Shown in pieces: positions 25,401-38,070 of a stretch of DNA of 64,000 bases. The stretch spans positions 743,622 through 807,621 of the forward strand of contig MU058384.1 of the NCBI GenBank assembly GCA_013265495.1. The letters are read 5' to 3'. Below the pieces are notes generated by a model that was not told the origin of the DNA, searched no databases, and worked only from the letters and a program-made list of their open reading frames with translations. Both the position numbers and the translations under genes were made by a program. Positions within the stretch are counted from its first letter, which is position 1, and each line of letters opens with the position of its first letter. This DNA is from Vicugna vicugna. Lineage: Eukaryota.

Positions 25401-27489
25401 TTTCTAAGAATAACTGAAGATTGTAATCTATGGAAACAACCTTAGTCAGTTTAGTTGAACATTTCCAGTTTTATTCATAAAGTTCTTCTTTTTCTTTTTT
25501 GGTTCACAATAAGAACCGTAGAGTTGGACCCATTAAGTTGATTTTATCACTTTTAATGCAAAGATTATTACTGTAATTTGCATAGCTCACTAAGAGCCAA
25601 AAGCTTCCTGCTGTGGCTTTTTCCACCAATGTGCTACGAATTAACAACCCAGCTACATTAAAACAAATGAAAAAAAGTTAATTCTTTTCAATATAAAGAA
25701 AATTATCTGCCCATGAGACTATATAATTCCCTCAATAAGATTCCCAGAAACAAGAAAGCAAAATTTTTGTGTTTTTATGTGAAACATTAAACTACTTTAA
25801 CATTTTAGTCCCATGTGAGACATAAGTCTTAAGAAAATGTAGTAAAATTATATTGGTCACCAAAAATGAAAGCATTAACTTTGAGAGTGTGAACTATGCT
25901 TAAAATCATAAGAGAAAAATGTGCATTAATAATAGCTTCAAAAATCACTGAGGCCTTAATTTTGTAGAAATTATTGAAGTATGCATTTTCTTATTTCTCA
26001 TTGGTAGCAAAGCATCAACTTTTGGTGAATAACCAGTCCAATACCTCCAACCATGTGTTTCAACCAAGAAACTGTCTGTCTAGAAATTGGGTTGATTGTC
26101 ATTACTCAAAATATGCCAGTGGACTAATGGGCACTTCCATGCCTTGATATTGATGGGAATCCCTGGAACACCTAAGTGTCCCTTCTGCCACTGTCACTCA
26201 CAGGCTTTCCCAGGATAACGGGAAAATGACTTCAAGAGTCTGTCACTATGAGTCAGTCTTCCAACGACCTGCCTTTACTCCAGATACTCTTTCCACTCCT
26301 CATTTTTTCCCATGTTTTCACTGATTGGTTGGAGCTTCATCGATGGCTGACAAATATCTCTTTCATCAGCTTCCTTTTCAAGACAAAGTCAAGTAATTTT
26401 AGAATATAAGAGAGAGGGTAGCCAGTGTATTGGTGCGTTCATAAGATAAATGATAAAATGTGCAGTAGTTGAAAGAATACACTGTAACTAATATTTCAAT
26501 GCTTCTAGCTTCAGATATTTCTAAAGAGCTATCTGTTAGGAAACCATGGTTTTATGTTAATTATTTTTCTTTGTTTAAAAGTATTATAGGAACATAATAT
26601 CTAAAGTTGCATATAAATTCACAGAAATTCTGTTAATCTACATTAACACAATAGATCGTCCAGAAATATAAGATACAGTCTCTCTGGATTGAGATCAGCA
26701 ATTATTTTTATAGAACTTACTGTTGTTCAGTACTGGGCTAGACCTTGGGGAACAAAGACAAAAATATATCCTTTCCTTTTAAGATTTCAGTTACTTTCAT
26801 AAGAAACCATTTCAGTACTTCTACACTCCTTTTACACTGAAGATATTAATTATATATTTGAAATATGTTTTTAAGAAAACGTTGTATTTGATACTACTGT
26901 TAATAAAAGCAAACCATACAATACAATCTCAAACAATATGGAGTATGCAAAGCAAAGAGTAAAGTAATGTTTCCCCTTTTTCTTAAGAGTCTATAATGAA
27001 ATGATACATACTTTTCTATGGTTTCCTTAGTATTTTGTTGTAGAGATGAGTCATGATACATTTACTGTGTATTGTTTAAACTTTTTTATATGCAATTCAA
27101 TGTACTTAAGCAAAAACATACAGAAAAAGTCAACAAAATTAATTCGCTTTTTCTACTGTTTAAAGTTACCAGGGCCATTAAAAAACTTATAAATATATTT
27201 AAATTTCAAACCATTAATCCCATACATCCTATGTATGATATTTATTATGCATATACTACATAGTATAGAATATGTAATAAATATCATATTAGTTAAATGT
27301 AATTTAAACATGAGAAAAATTACTATCTTAAAATAGATTTTGAAAAATAACACAGAATTGGACAAAGGCTTGTACAGAGAAAAGAAAACACAGAAAAATG
27401 GGATCTAATTCTTTGCTGATCATAACTGATCATAAAAAAGAATATACACCAAAATGCAAAATAAGTTTATTTTTAAAAGAAGATATTTT

Positions 27490-29012
27490 TTAATTCTCTG
27501 CATCAGCTTCAAAAGCTTTATTTTATGTCTATTATTGTATTTATTCCCAACAGTTGTGTGTGTTTGTGCATATGTGTGTAAATTCACAAGCTCATTCTAA
27601 ATTTCATAAATATATGCAAAGCACCAACAATCTTCAAGGTGATCTTGAATAAGGGTCAAACTGAGGAATTAAATTATGCAGGTTTCGATAATTGTTAAAA
27701 AGTTTCAGTAATTAAAACATCATGCTATTGACACACAGGTACATTAACTGACCAATGGAAAATAATAAACTAGGAAAAGATCCGCTTGTATATGAACATA
27801 AAATTTTTTCCAGTGGGGCTAGTGAAATTCCAAGTGGCAAGTATAGGCTTTTCAACAAATGATGTTGAGTCAATTAAATAGCCACATGGGAAAAATAGAA
27901 ACTTGAAATTTACTTCACACTATTCACAAAAATCAATTTAAAATGGAGTCATAGCCTGTTATGAAAGTGAAACAAAAAACTTTCTAGAAGAAACAGAAAA
28001 ATTTCTTCATAACCTTGGAGTAAGCAAAGATTTGTTACTAGGAAACAAAAGTGCTGACCCTGCCAAACAAAACAAAAGAAAACAAAACTGAAAAAAGAAA
28101 CTAACTTCTTCAATTCCATAATTAAATGTGGTACTTTCGTTCATCAAAACAAATCCTTAAAAGAGTGAAAGGAAAGACATAGACCAGCAAGGAATATTTG
28201 AAACAGTATATCCAAAAAGTAGAAGTCTTGTATATAGAAATCAGTAATATGTGAATAATATAACAATAAAGAACCATATTTTCAAATTAGCAAATGACAT
28301 GATCAGACACTTATCAGAGGATATACGTCTTTATGGCTTAGAGACATGTATATAGGTTTTTACTGTATTACTCATCTGAGAACTGCAAATTAAAACTGCA
28401 ATGCAATATTAATATGTCCTCACAACACTAGCTAAATTTAAAATAATGTATGATAACAAATGTTAAAAATATGGAACAACCTGTAACTCTTATACATTGA
28501 TGGTGGCTTTGGAAAACTGACAGTAGTTTCTGAAATTAAAAAAAAAAAATGCCTACCTCATCACCCTAGAATTAGAAGCCTAAGTATATATAGAGAGAAA
28601 TTAGTGATGTCTTCACAAAATAAGACTGTATACCAAAATGTCTCTAGCAGCTTTATTTATAATACCCAAATTGAAAATAGTGTAAATATCTGTTAATATA
28701 AGGCAGACACAAAAATTGTATATTTATTCAATGAAATATTATATGACACTACAAAATAACACAGTAATTCAACAAGATGGCCTAATCTAAGAGACATAAA
28801 GTTGAATGAAAGGAACTAGATAGGAAATAATACATAGTGTTGAAACCAATATATGGTTATAGTTACCAGAATAGTGGCTACTTTTCAGGAGCTGGGAGAG
28901 GGCCTTCTGGAGTAATGGCAGTTAATTTGTATATTGTAAAAGTTATGCTAGGTGTTAATCAAATGTATGTGATTTACTGTATTTAAGTTATGCCTTATAA
29001 AAATTTTTTAAA
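27490..29012 (+). mobile_element. Old L1 (L1ME-like) ORF2 3' half and 3'UTR
   Basis: 'cacaagctcattctaaatttcata', 'cttttcaacaaatgatgttgagtcaatt', 'aactgcaaattaaaactgcaatg', 'tagcagctttatttataatacccaaattgaaa', A-rich end near 29000. Confidence 0.85.
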
Positions 29013-30481
29013 AAGAAGGCAATGCTTATTCCTCTAAGGGATAAATTTCTTGATTCTTTCACATGATCTTAAAACAATGTACGGGTATGCTATTAATTTA
29101 TGTCCTTCTGCAAAGAACTGACCTAGTACCACAAACAAAGTGATATTTCATCATGTATACTTGAATTTGAAGCCATTCCAGGATGGACCTAGGGCTTTCT
29201 TAAATCAGGAAAACAGACATCTTTAGGTTCTTTCCACCCCCAGATGAACCTAGGGGATGCTCTTTGAAAAATAGATGCATACATAGTGATAATAATGTTA
29301 TTTCTAACCAACTTAATTCAGACTGTGTTGAATCCTTGTTAAGAATAATGGAGAAAGAGTGAATATTGAAAATTAAATGTTCTTCCTTTACCTGTTGCAA
29401 TTTATCTCATATAATTAAGTTTGAATTATATAACATTTATTCATATATAAAATAGGTTATTTTTAGTTCATAACTATAAAATATGGTAATTATTCACAAA
29501 GGCTGTAACATTATCATTATAGGTGCTCAATAATAAATGGATGAAAATTAGTAACTCAATGAAAGAATGAATTATTTAGAGTTATTTCCTCATTAAGTTC
29601 TGGATACAGCTCTTTATGCCATAAATTGGATAGTTTTAAGGGCTTAACAAGCCACATGTAAAGCAAATAAATACTACATAATTATTAATTAATTTAATAG
29701 ATATTTATTGACTGCTTCATATACGTCAGCCTTTCTTTCAGATTTTAAAAATATGACAGGGAACAAAATAAATTCTCTGCCCTAGTGAAGATTTCACAGA
29801 GCTTACACATCTTTCAACATTTTGGAGCTCTTTCTGCAGTAAGCAAGTAATGAATCTCAAATAAGGGGGAGAGAATGGAACTGGGCTTTGGGTGCTCACG
29901 ATGTAATAATCAAGCAGCCACACGCATACACGCATTCATGCATGTGCCAATACACACATCCTGGTCCAGCCTCATGAACCTGCCTTCGTAAGTCACATCT
30001 ACAAAGAAAAAAAGAAAAATAAAGTTTGCTCATTGCACTTTCCTCAGAGACCATCAACTCTGCAAAGAGGATATTGTTATTACAATATTCATGCAACTTA
30101 ACATTAAGATTTCATAGGATGTGTTTGCACCGAGAACAGCGCTGGGTATCAGCTGCAAGGCCATATTTCAAGATTTATCTCAAGCCCCACCTCATCTGCT
30201 TGCTCAAGTTTTCAGTCACTGAATCTGCCTTTAAATGCACCGGATTTTATGATTTATACTACTAGTTTGTATTCACCATACTGCACTACATCTGGAATTT
30301 TATTATTATGTTTCTTTTTGCATACATGCTCTCTAGCCACCAATACATTCCATTGCTGGGTTTGTGCTTAAAATATTGACTGTATACATTAGGTAAAATA
30401 ATGTAGTACCGTTTTACTAGTTACGGTGGTGATGATGTTGGGGAAAATGAAAGTAATGAAAGTAGAATAAATACTATTCAC

Positions 30482-30819
30482 AGTTATGGACTGAATGTTT
30501 GCATCCTCCCCAAATTCATATGTTGGAGTTCTAACCCTCAACGTGATAGTATTTAGAGGTGGGGCCTTTGAGACGTAATTAGGTTTAGATGAAGTCACCA
30601 GGGTGGGCCCCCATGTTGGGATTAGTGATCTTGAATGAAGGTCATGATACAAGGAGCAGGCGACCATCTACAAACCAAGAGGGCTCTCACCAGGATCAGA
30701 ATCTGCAGGCACTTTAATTTTGGACTTCCCAGCTTCCCAAACTGTGAGAAATAAATACCTGTTAATTAAGCCACCCAGTCTATGGTATTGTTATGTCTTG
30801 GGCAGCCTAAGCTAAGACA
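30482..30819 (+). mobile_element. MaLR solo LTR (MLT1A-like, internally deleted)
   Basis: 'gttatggactgaatgtttgcatcctccccaaattcatatgttgg', 'ttggacttcccagcttcccaaactgtgagaaataaat...aagccacccagtctatggtat...ctaagaca'. Confidence 0.92.
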
Positions 30820-31040
30820 CTTACTAAGGATTTATAATATGCTAGGTAGATGTAAGTTAATGACTTAACTTTAAAAAAAAATCTTTAATTTTTAAAATAA
30901 CCTAATATGGTGATTGCTGTAATTATTGACATTTTACAGATAAAGAAACTGAAATAGAGAGATTAAATAATTTGCCCAAGGTTGCACAGATAGTCAGTGG
31001 CAGAAACTGACCTCAGACCTACTCTATTAGTCATAAAATG
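30820..31040 (-). mobile_element. MIR
   Basis: 'cattttacagataaagaaactgaaatagagagattaaataatttgcccaaggttgcacagatagtcagtggcaga' is the antisense MIR core. Confidence 0.85.
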
Positions 31041-31289
31041 CCGCTATCCCATGCATCTGTGTTATGTTGCTTTACAATTAAAATCAGAATCTATTTCTAG
31101 TAAATGACCTCCAAAATTCAGAGTTATATATCACTATAGCATATAATAAAAAATACATATGGTAGATTGTATTGCTGAATAAGTAGCCTTATCTTAGATA
31201 GCAAGAAACAATTTTGAGGGTGCTATAGTAGAATTAAAATACTTTATGTCACATATGTACTGTTAAACTGTATAGTAAAAGAAGCTTAT

Positions 31290-31530
31290 ATTCATCCATT
31301 ATTTTATTCATTCAATATATGTAAATAATACCAAATAAGGACCATATCTAGTCCTTATATTTAAGAAATTCAAGAATTAAACAGGAGGCCAGATTATTTA
31401 TTAGACAACATACATGTGCTAATACAGATAGAGCAAGACAATGGTATAGAAAAATAGAAAAGATAACTGAGTCTGGGAAGTCAGAGAAAGTTTCCAGTCA
31501 GATGTGGCATTTAAATTGACATTCAACAAT
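31290..31530 (-). mobile_element. L2 fragment
   Basis: 'ttcatccattattttattcattcaa...gtccttatatttaagaaattcaag...tctgggaagtcagagaaagtttcc'. Confidence 0.5.
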
Positions 31531-32572
31531 AAGGATTATTTTGCAATCAGGTGCTGTCAACATGAAAATTGGATGACCTATTCAGGTTCCTAGCTGATAG
31601 ATCATTAAAAATAATTTTTGCTGACTCTTCGTTATATGATTTTTCTAACATAATGCAAAAAGAGGTTATATCAATGACACTGCTGTAATATATCCATAGT
31701 AGACTTCTCTGAGCTCATGCTCACAAAATTTTAAAAATGTATTATAAATAATGTTGAACCATTCCTTATTTAAACAAAGTAAACTTCATCAATGAATGCA
31801 CAGATGGATTATAACAAAAACAGTCTCATTTATTATTATCAAACATTGTAATATGCCCATGATGCTTTGATCAATTGTGTACTAATTCTAATTATAATGA
31901 TAATCAATCAAGAGCAAAAATTTTAACCCTTGGGGCATATAGTCATAAAAAATTAATATCTTCAAGGTTTATACTTAAACTCATATGCTTGAGTAATCAG
32001 TTATATACTTTAAGTGATATGCTGTATTATATTTGCATAAAATCAAGTGGGGAATTTAAATGGAGAAAGGAAGAAAAAATACAATGTAAATATTCTATCT
32101 GGTGAAGTGGAACTCATTAACTCATTCATGTACGTGTGAAAATGAATGACAGAGCGAACAATCCTTGGTGTTTAGATTTAATTGGCTCCATTTTGAAAAG
32201 TAATGTAACAGTTTTGTTTGAAGATGGCAATATTTTTAATCTGCTGGAAATTGTATTATTGCATGACCTTAGAAGGAAACTTAGAAGGAAAACTTTTAGA
32301 GACAAAGAATGCTCAAAGGAGTATGTACTTTTAAAAATAATTTTATCAGTAACACAAACAAAATATTTTAATGATATTTATCTGAGGAATGAAGAATAAT
32401 TTATGAGATGATATCAGACTAAAATATAGCAATAAAGACATAATTGAAAGGAGCATATCAAGTTGAGAATATAGGGCAAAAAAGCAAGTGTTTTGAGTAG
32501 AATATCTTAAATATCACAATATGCAGTCCAATTTCATTCTAAAATGTGAGACAGTAAGCACAATTAGTTTTT

Positions 32573-32847
32573 TAAATTTTTTTAATTGAAGCATTGTCAG
32601 TCTACAATGTTGTGTTAATCTCTGGTGTACAGCATAGTGATTCAGTTATACAATAAATATATATATATTCCTTTTCATATTCTTTTTCATTACAGACTAT
32701 TACAAGATAGTGAATTCCTGGTGCTAAGCAATGGTACCTTGCTGTTTATCTGTTTTATATATATATAGTTAGTATCTGCAAATCCCAAACTCCCAATTTG
32801 TCCCTATACCCCCATTCCTCCTCCCCGGTAACCATAACAAACTTGTG
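32573..32847 (-). mobile_element. Young 5'-truncated L1 3' end with 15-bp TSD
   Basis: T-rich tail, then 'ttgaagcattgtcagtctacaatgttgtgttaatctctggtgtacagcatagtgattcag'. Perfect TSD gcacaattagttttt at 32558-32572 and 32848-32862. Confidence 0.95.
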
Positions 32848-33814
32848 GCACAATTAGTTTTTGATGCAACTGTTTTAGCTACTGCGTTGTAATTTTATTA
32901 CCTTCTGTCATATATTTAGTCATTTCCAGTAGGTATATTCTCTTAAGCTTTTTTTCCATTATAGCTTCCATTGATAAATGTTGTAAGATCTAGATTCCAA
33001 CATACATGATGTATATGAAGAACATGAAGACGAAAGTTGTCTTCTGAACCTACATTGTGTATCATTCAGGGTGATGCACTGCAGGAATTCTGTGTCACTG
33101 CAGGTTGGAGTTGACGCATGAATTGTGTTGGACAGCAAGACAGAATTGTTTTCAATGTAATCCTCAGGGAGTCCTTCAGAAAAGGGAAAACAATGATTTT
33201 GAAGATTCCTTTCTGTGCCAGCTGGCAGAGGTCTTAAAAAGGTTATTCCATTTTACCCATACTACATTGTTATTTAAATGTCTCCATGTGCAACATAAGA
33301 CAAGAATGTATATTTAGAGCCACTGGAATTTTAAAAATATGTTAATAGTGGCATAAGAAGTGAAAAGCAAGAAACTACGTGCTGATTACCACTATTTGGC
33401 TGTATTGCATTGATATTATTGTTTTACAAATATTTACTCTATTTTCAGTAAACAATTGAATACCAAGTTCGAGATACTCAGCTCTACCTTAACTGGAAGC
33501 TGAAGACCCACTTGGACGTCTTCTATTGGTTTTATTTTCTGCCAAATTGAGTATTTATTACATGAAAGTAGTATTCTACATGTCTAGATTCATTTGGTCA
33601 CAATAGATTTGGGAGTGAATAAAAAGATGTTGAAAATGTAGAATTCATCTAAAAATGAGCAATCTATTGAAGAAATCAATTGTCATTAAGTGACTTTATT
33701 CAAGAAATAGTTCTTTTAAGTTAATGCAGTTTCAGGATAGCATTATATAACTCTACACTTATTTAAACAGTGTTTTGGCTATTTACTAGTAGAAGACACA
33801 TGAATAATCCCTTG

Positions 33815-33974
33815 GCTGAGATAGCTTTATGGACATGCAACCAGTAAGATCTCATAGGATCCCATACTTTGTTAGTGCTCTGTTGACATCCCTTATAAAT
33901 GCATATCATTTATGAGCAAGCAGTCTCACATATTTCTTTTGCACTGGGCCTTGCAAATTTAGTTCTTGGTCTTG
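33815..33974 (+). mobile_element. MER91-like hAT (Tip100 group) relic
   Basis: 'agctttatggacatgcaaccagt...gtgctctgttg...ttttgcactgggccttgcaaatt...ggtcttg' parallels the MER91A consensus as I recall it. Confidence 0.65.
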
Positions 33975-34346
33975 ACTGATAAATTTGGGTGAAATAGACA
34001 AATGCATTTAAAAGAAAAACAAACAGAAAGCTCTTTGTTATTTAAAATAGGTCTTGATGTTTAGAATGCAGATAAAAATATGTCATTACTCTTAAAAATA
34101 GTAAAATAATTCATTTGGAATATTTTGTCTGCAAACAAATTTGATTGAGAGTGTTGGAATGAAACGGATTAGTACAAGGAATTAAGCATCAGACGTGTGG
34201 GGGGCTTAAGGAGACGACTGAAGGCATCACAAGTAGCCTTCTGTGGAGTTTCGTTAAAGAGGAATATTATCAGATCCATTATCAATGCCTGTGATGAGAA
34301 AAATGGCTTAAATACAGAATATCTACAATCTAGCTGCCTTATAACT

Positions 34347-34515
34347 CAGTGGTTCTTAGACTTTTGTGCATACAACAGTATCCTTGGTAGCTGTTTTAAA
34401 TTCAGGTACTCTGATTTTATTAGATCAAGGGCAAGACCACAGCAATGATTTTTAACATACATGTCCAGGTAGTTCTGAATGAGGTTCATCGTGCATTATA
34501 CCTGGAAAAATGCTG
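34347..34515. mobile_element. MER5-like hAT-Charlie relic
   Basis: TIR-like ends 'cagtggttctta' and 'ggaaaaatgctg'. Internal 'atttttaaca...ccaggtagttctgaatg'. Confidence 0.65.
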
Positions 34516-36424
34516 ATCTATCATAGCATCTAATGTGCTTGAAGCTGAAAATTCATTTTCCACCCATTAAACAACCCTGTCACTGGGTTTCTTCATTCAA
34601 GACCTGGCTACATTAGGTACGCAATAAATTTTTTAAAGAAATCAATATTTTTAGTTGGGAGTTATGCTTTGGGTTTTATGGAAAGTTTCCCTTCAATGAG
34701 TGGGAAAAGCCCAAAGCTTGAGTAAAAGAACTAGAAAGATAATGTAGTGGAGTGGCTATAGTTAAATCTAACGCAAATATCTGGAGAATTTACAGTTTTC
34801 TCTGATGAAATTAGCCCCTGAGTTCACAAAAGACATCCTTTTAAGATAAATATTATGTGAAATAAAATAAGAAAATGGGTAGATTTTAGTAGGAACAAAA
34901 CTAAGTCATACTGCTAAGAAAATTCTTCCATTGTCTGAAAATAAGGCTGGCTTAATTTAATATGCAATAATGTTATTGAAAAGATGTGTTTAATACTTTG
35001 CATTTATGAAAAAAGTAGCATTACTCAGATCAGCTTGAATTATCGAGATGTTTTAGTTTGTTATATAAGTGATTAACACAATTTTATTTTGTGTTCAAGT
35101 GAAACTGCTAGAGAACCAGAAAATATTCTCATGTGTGTGTTTCTTCTCTTCTTCAGTATCTAATTTTAACCAAGTGGATTATTTTAAGTATCATCTTATT
35201 CAACATTTGAAGTGAAAAATTCGCTTTTTAATGGTGAATCTGCATTTATCATAAAGATAAAACAAAAAAATCCTTGGCAGAGCTTTTCCCCACAGAGGCA
35301 GGCTATTTTTGTCCTATATATTTAGCAAGTTGTAAAACTACAAATTCCAGAATTCATATTTCAAGAATTTAAAAGACAAAAAGAGCATACATGTAGGAAC
35401 CTGGGTTTAGTTCTTTCTATCAAGTAATAAAAATTTCAAGGGAGACATTATTATACTTCCTTTTAATAAGCAATAATTTGTAAAGATTTATTTTAAAGGG
35501 AAGTTGAGAAGAGAGTAAGCAACGAATATAATCAATGAAATAAGACCAGCATTGTTCATTATTTGCTTATTTGGGAAACATAAATACATACTTAAAGGAG
35601 GTTATGACCTATGTCAGGTGGATCTTCAGACCACGAAGTATGGAAAAGAGAATATTTTATTTGTATTTTTTAAATTGACAATATTACTAATGGTATTTTT
35701 TTCCTAAACACATAAGGTACCATGTTGATGATATAAAGGAAGAGAGAGTTTACATTGAACTACATTTGTCAGAACTTGAGAATAGTTTGTTGGTTCAGTA
35801 ACAGTAACATGTTATCCTGCGTGTAAGAAAATGTCTCATCTATAATAAGGTGATAATTTGCAGAAAACACAAATATTTTAATGAAAAATTGTAATGATAC
35901 AACTGACAGCAAATTGAATGTGAATTTTAAAGTATCTGGTAGTTTATTATCCTGATTAAAAATAGAATCAAACCAAGTATATATGTGATTATATGTTTTG
36001 ATTCTAGTTGTGTATCTAATGACAATATTAAAAACCCTACTCCTCCAGTAAAATTAGTAACGTATGCTTCATAATTACAACTCAAAAATGTATATGCATC
36101 CTTAGTACAATATAAAATAAATGCAAATAAGGTCACTACTTCATTCTACAGAGGTCTATCAAAAATTTTAACCAGGCCCTACTAAACATTTAGCTCTGAT
36201 TCTTCAGAGCTGAAGTAATTTCAAGTCTTTCTTCATTATATGTCAAAACTCCACCTAAAAGAAAAGAAAACAATATGAGAACACAAGTAAAAAGCTGTAT
36301 TTGAAATTTAACACCGTCGTTCGCTGACACCTCAGTATAGTCTTGCTTCTCTGTTTATGTTCCTGTTCTCCATAGCAGACAGCTGACTACCTTCTAGAGG
36401 GACAAAGCAATAATGTTAATCTCT

Positions 36425-36460
36425 TTATTATTACTATTATTATTATTATTATTATTATTA
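36425..36460. repeat. (TTA)n trinucleotide microsatellite
   Basis: 'ttattattactattattattattattattattatta' is directly visible. A short old L1-like fragment follows (about 36460-36545). Confidence 0.95.
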
Positions 36461-36639
36461 CATAAACTCCTGACATTAGTTGGATGTCACCAATTTTGTC
36501 ATTGATGTCCTTCTTTCTATTTCATGATCCAACCTAAGGTAACACTAGTGTGTTTTTAAAACTGCATAAATTCTAAAAATTGTTTCCTATTGCTTTTATG
36601 CCTTTTTCTCACTTTGCTTAGCCAACTGTTATTTTCCAT

Positions 36640-37480
36640 GTCCAGCTATAGTAACTGTTTCGAAGTGACATCCTTCCAATAAATCATCAGACCTTTAATA
36701 GAGCCCAGGAAATTGTCACAACCTGGGTCTCCAGACTCTATTTTTACCTGCAAAACTGTGTTTTATGTATGTTACAAGGTTCTGCTCTATAAATTCCACC
36801 TCTCTTTTTTTGGAAATGCCACCCCCCCTTTTTTTTATAGCTTTAAGTCTTAGACTTAATATTTATCTGCAAATCTATATTAGCAAACTTTAACCACTAA
36901 ACTGAATTCTAGCTGCATGTCTCCAACATTTTGGCTGGAAATTTTATGTTGCACTTCTCATCAATATTTAAACTCAAACTATTCAACTAATTTCTGTCCT
37001 CTTAACACTAATCTCTGATTTCCATTAATGGATCAATTTCTCCAAATTCAAACTTAAAAACTTAAAAGCACCTCTGATTTTAGCCTTTTATTTCTCATAT
37101 TCACCAAACTGTAAATGTCATCAAGTATTCCTTTAAAAAAAATCTTTCTTTCAATTCCTTGCATTTCTGTTGAACCCACTAACTCACGACATTCAATTTT
37201 ATTCCTATGTGGGAAAAAAAAACCCAATCTGCCTTTCTTTATCAAAGCATTCTTCAACAACGCATCTACATTTACAAGAATACATTTTTACAAATCTTAT
37301 TTTTCCAGGTTATTCCTCTAATCAAAATATTGAGGGTTTTTCTCTTATTCTTGGCACCAAAATCTGAAATTTTAATACTGGTGCATAACTACCCTCCTCT
37401 TTCCAGACTGTGATTTGAATTTACTGTACCACTACTCCCTGGCTGCATTCATTATTCTACTCCAGCTGGAGTATTTATGT
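36640..37480 (+). mobile_element. Decayed L2
   Basis: C/T-rich L2-like phrases 'catgtctccaacattttggctggaa...cacttctcatcaatatttaaactcaaact' and 'accaaactgtaaatgtcatcaagtattcctttaaaaaaaatct'. Confidence 0.5.
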
Positions 37481-37514
37481 ATTTAGCATCAAGATCTATA
37501 CTTGTAAGAGATTG

Positions 37515-38070
37515 CCTTCTGGAATGGGGGGATGAGAACCTCAGTAGACCTGCTCTCACAAAAAAGCAATAAAAATACAGACTGAAGAATAAAAACCAGC
37601 AATCTCAAAACTCTGGAAATTAACCAAATTCACAGAATAAATGAAAAGCATCTACTCAAGAAATATTACTGGACTTCAGTAAAGACAGCATGGCCTGCAG
37701 CACTCTGTCTCGGGGCTATTACTGTCCTTTCCCACTTCCCAAAGCAGGGGCATGGTGGGCAAGAAAGCCAGCAGACTTACAGCCAACAGAGACGAATAAA
37801 CTCTTCTGGGGATCTCTGTTGAAAACCCCACCCCAAAGTACAATCTGTAGTTCGACAAAACAGAAAGCGTTAGGAAAATCTCCATTCCCAGAGCTTTGTA
37901 GTTATTTAATTTAACTTGGGGCTTAGTTCTGAAAAACAAAAACAGCAACAACAAAAAACACCTATTCCCAAGAGTTACTGAAGACGATAGCATTTTGCCC
38001 TAACGTCACCCACAATTGTGAGTGCAGTTGGGGCAGACGAGAACCTGGTCACAATTTAAAAGAAATCACT
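37515..38070 (+). mobile_element. Old L1M 5'UTR fragment
   Basis: 'cttctggaatggggg...aaaccagcaatctcaaaactctggaaattaaccaaa...gcatctactcaagaaa', resembling L1MC/MD/ME 5' ends and the start of the 46460 element. Confidence 0.6.
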
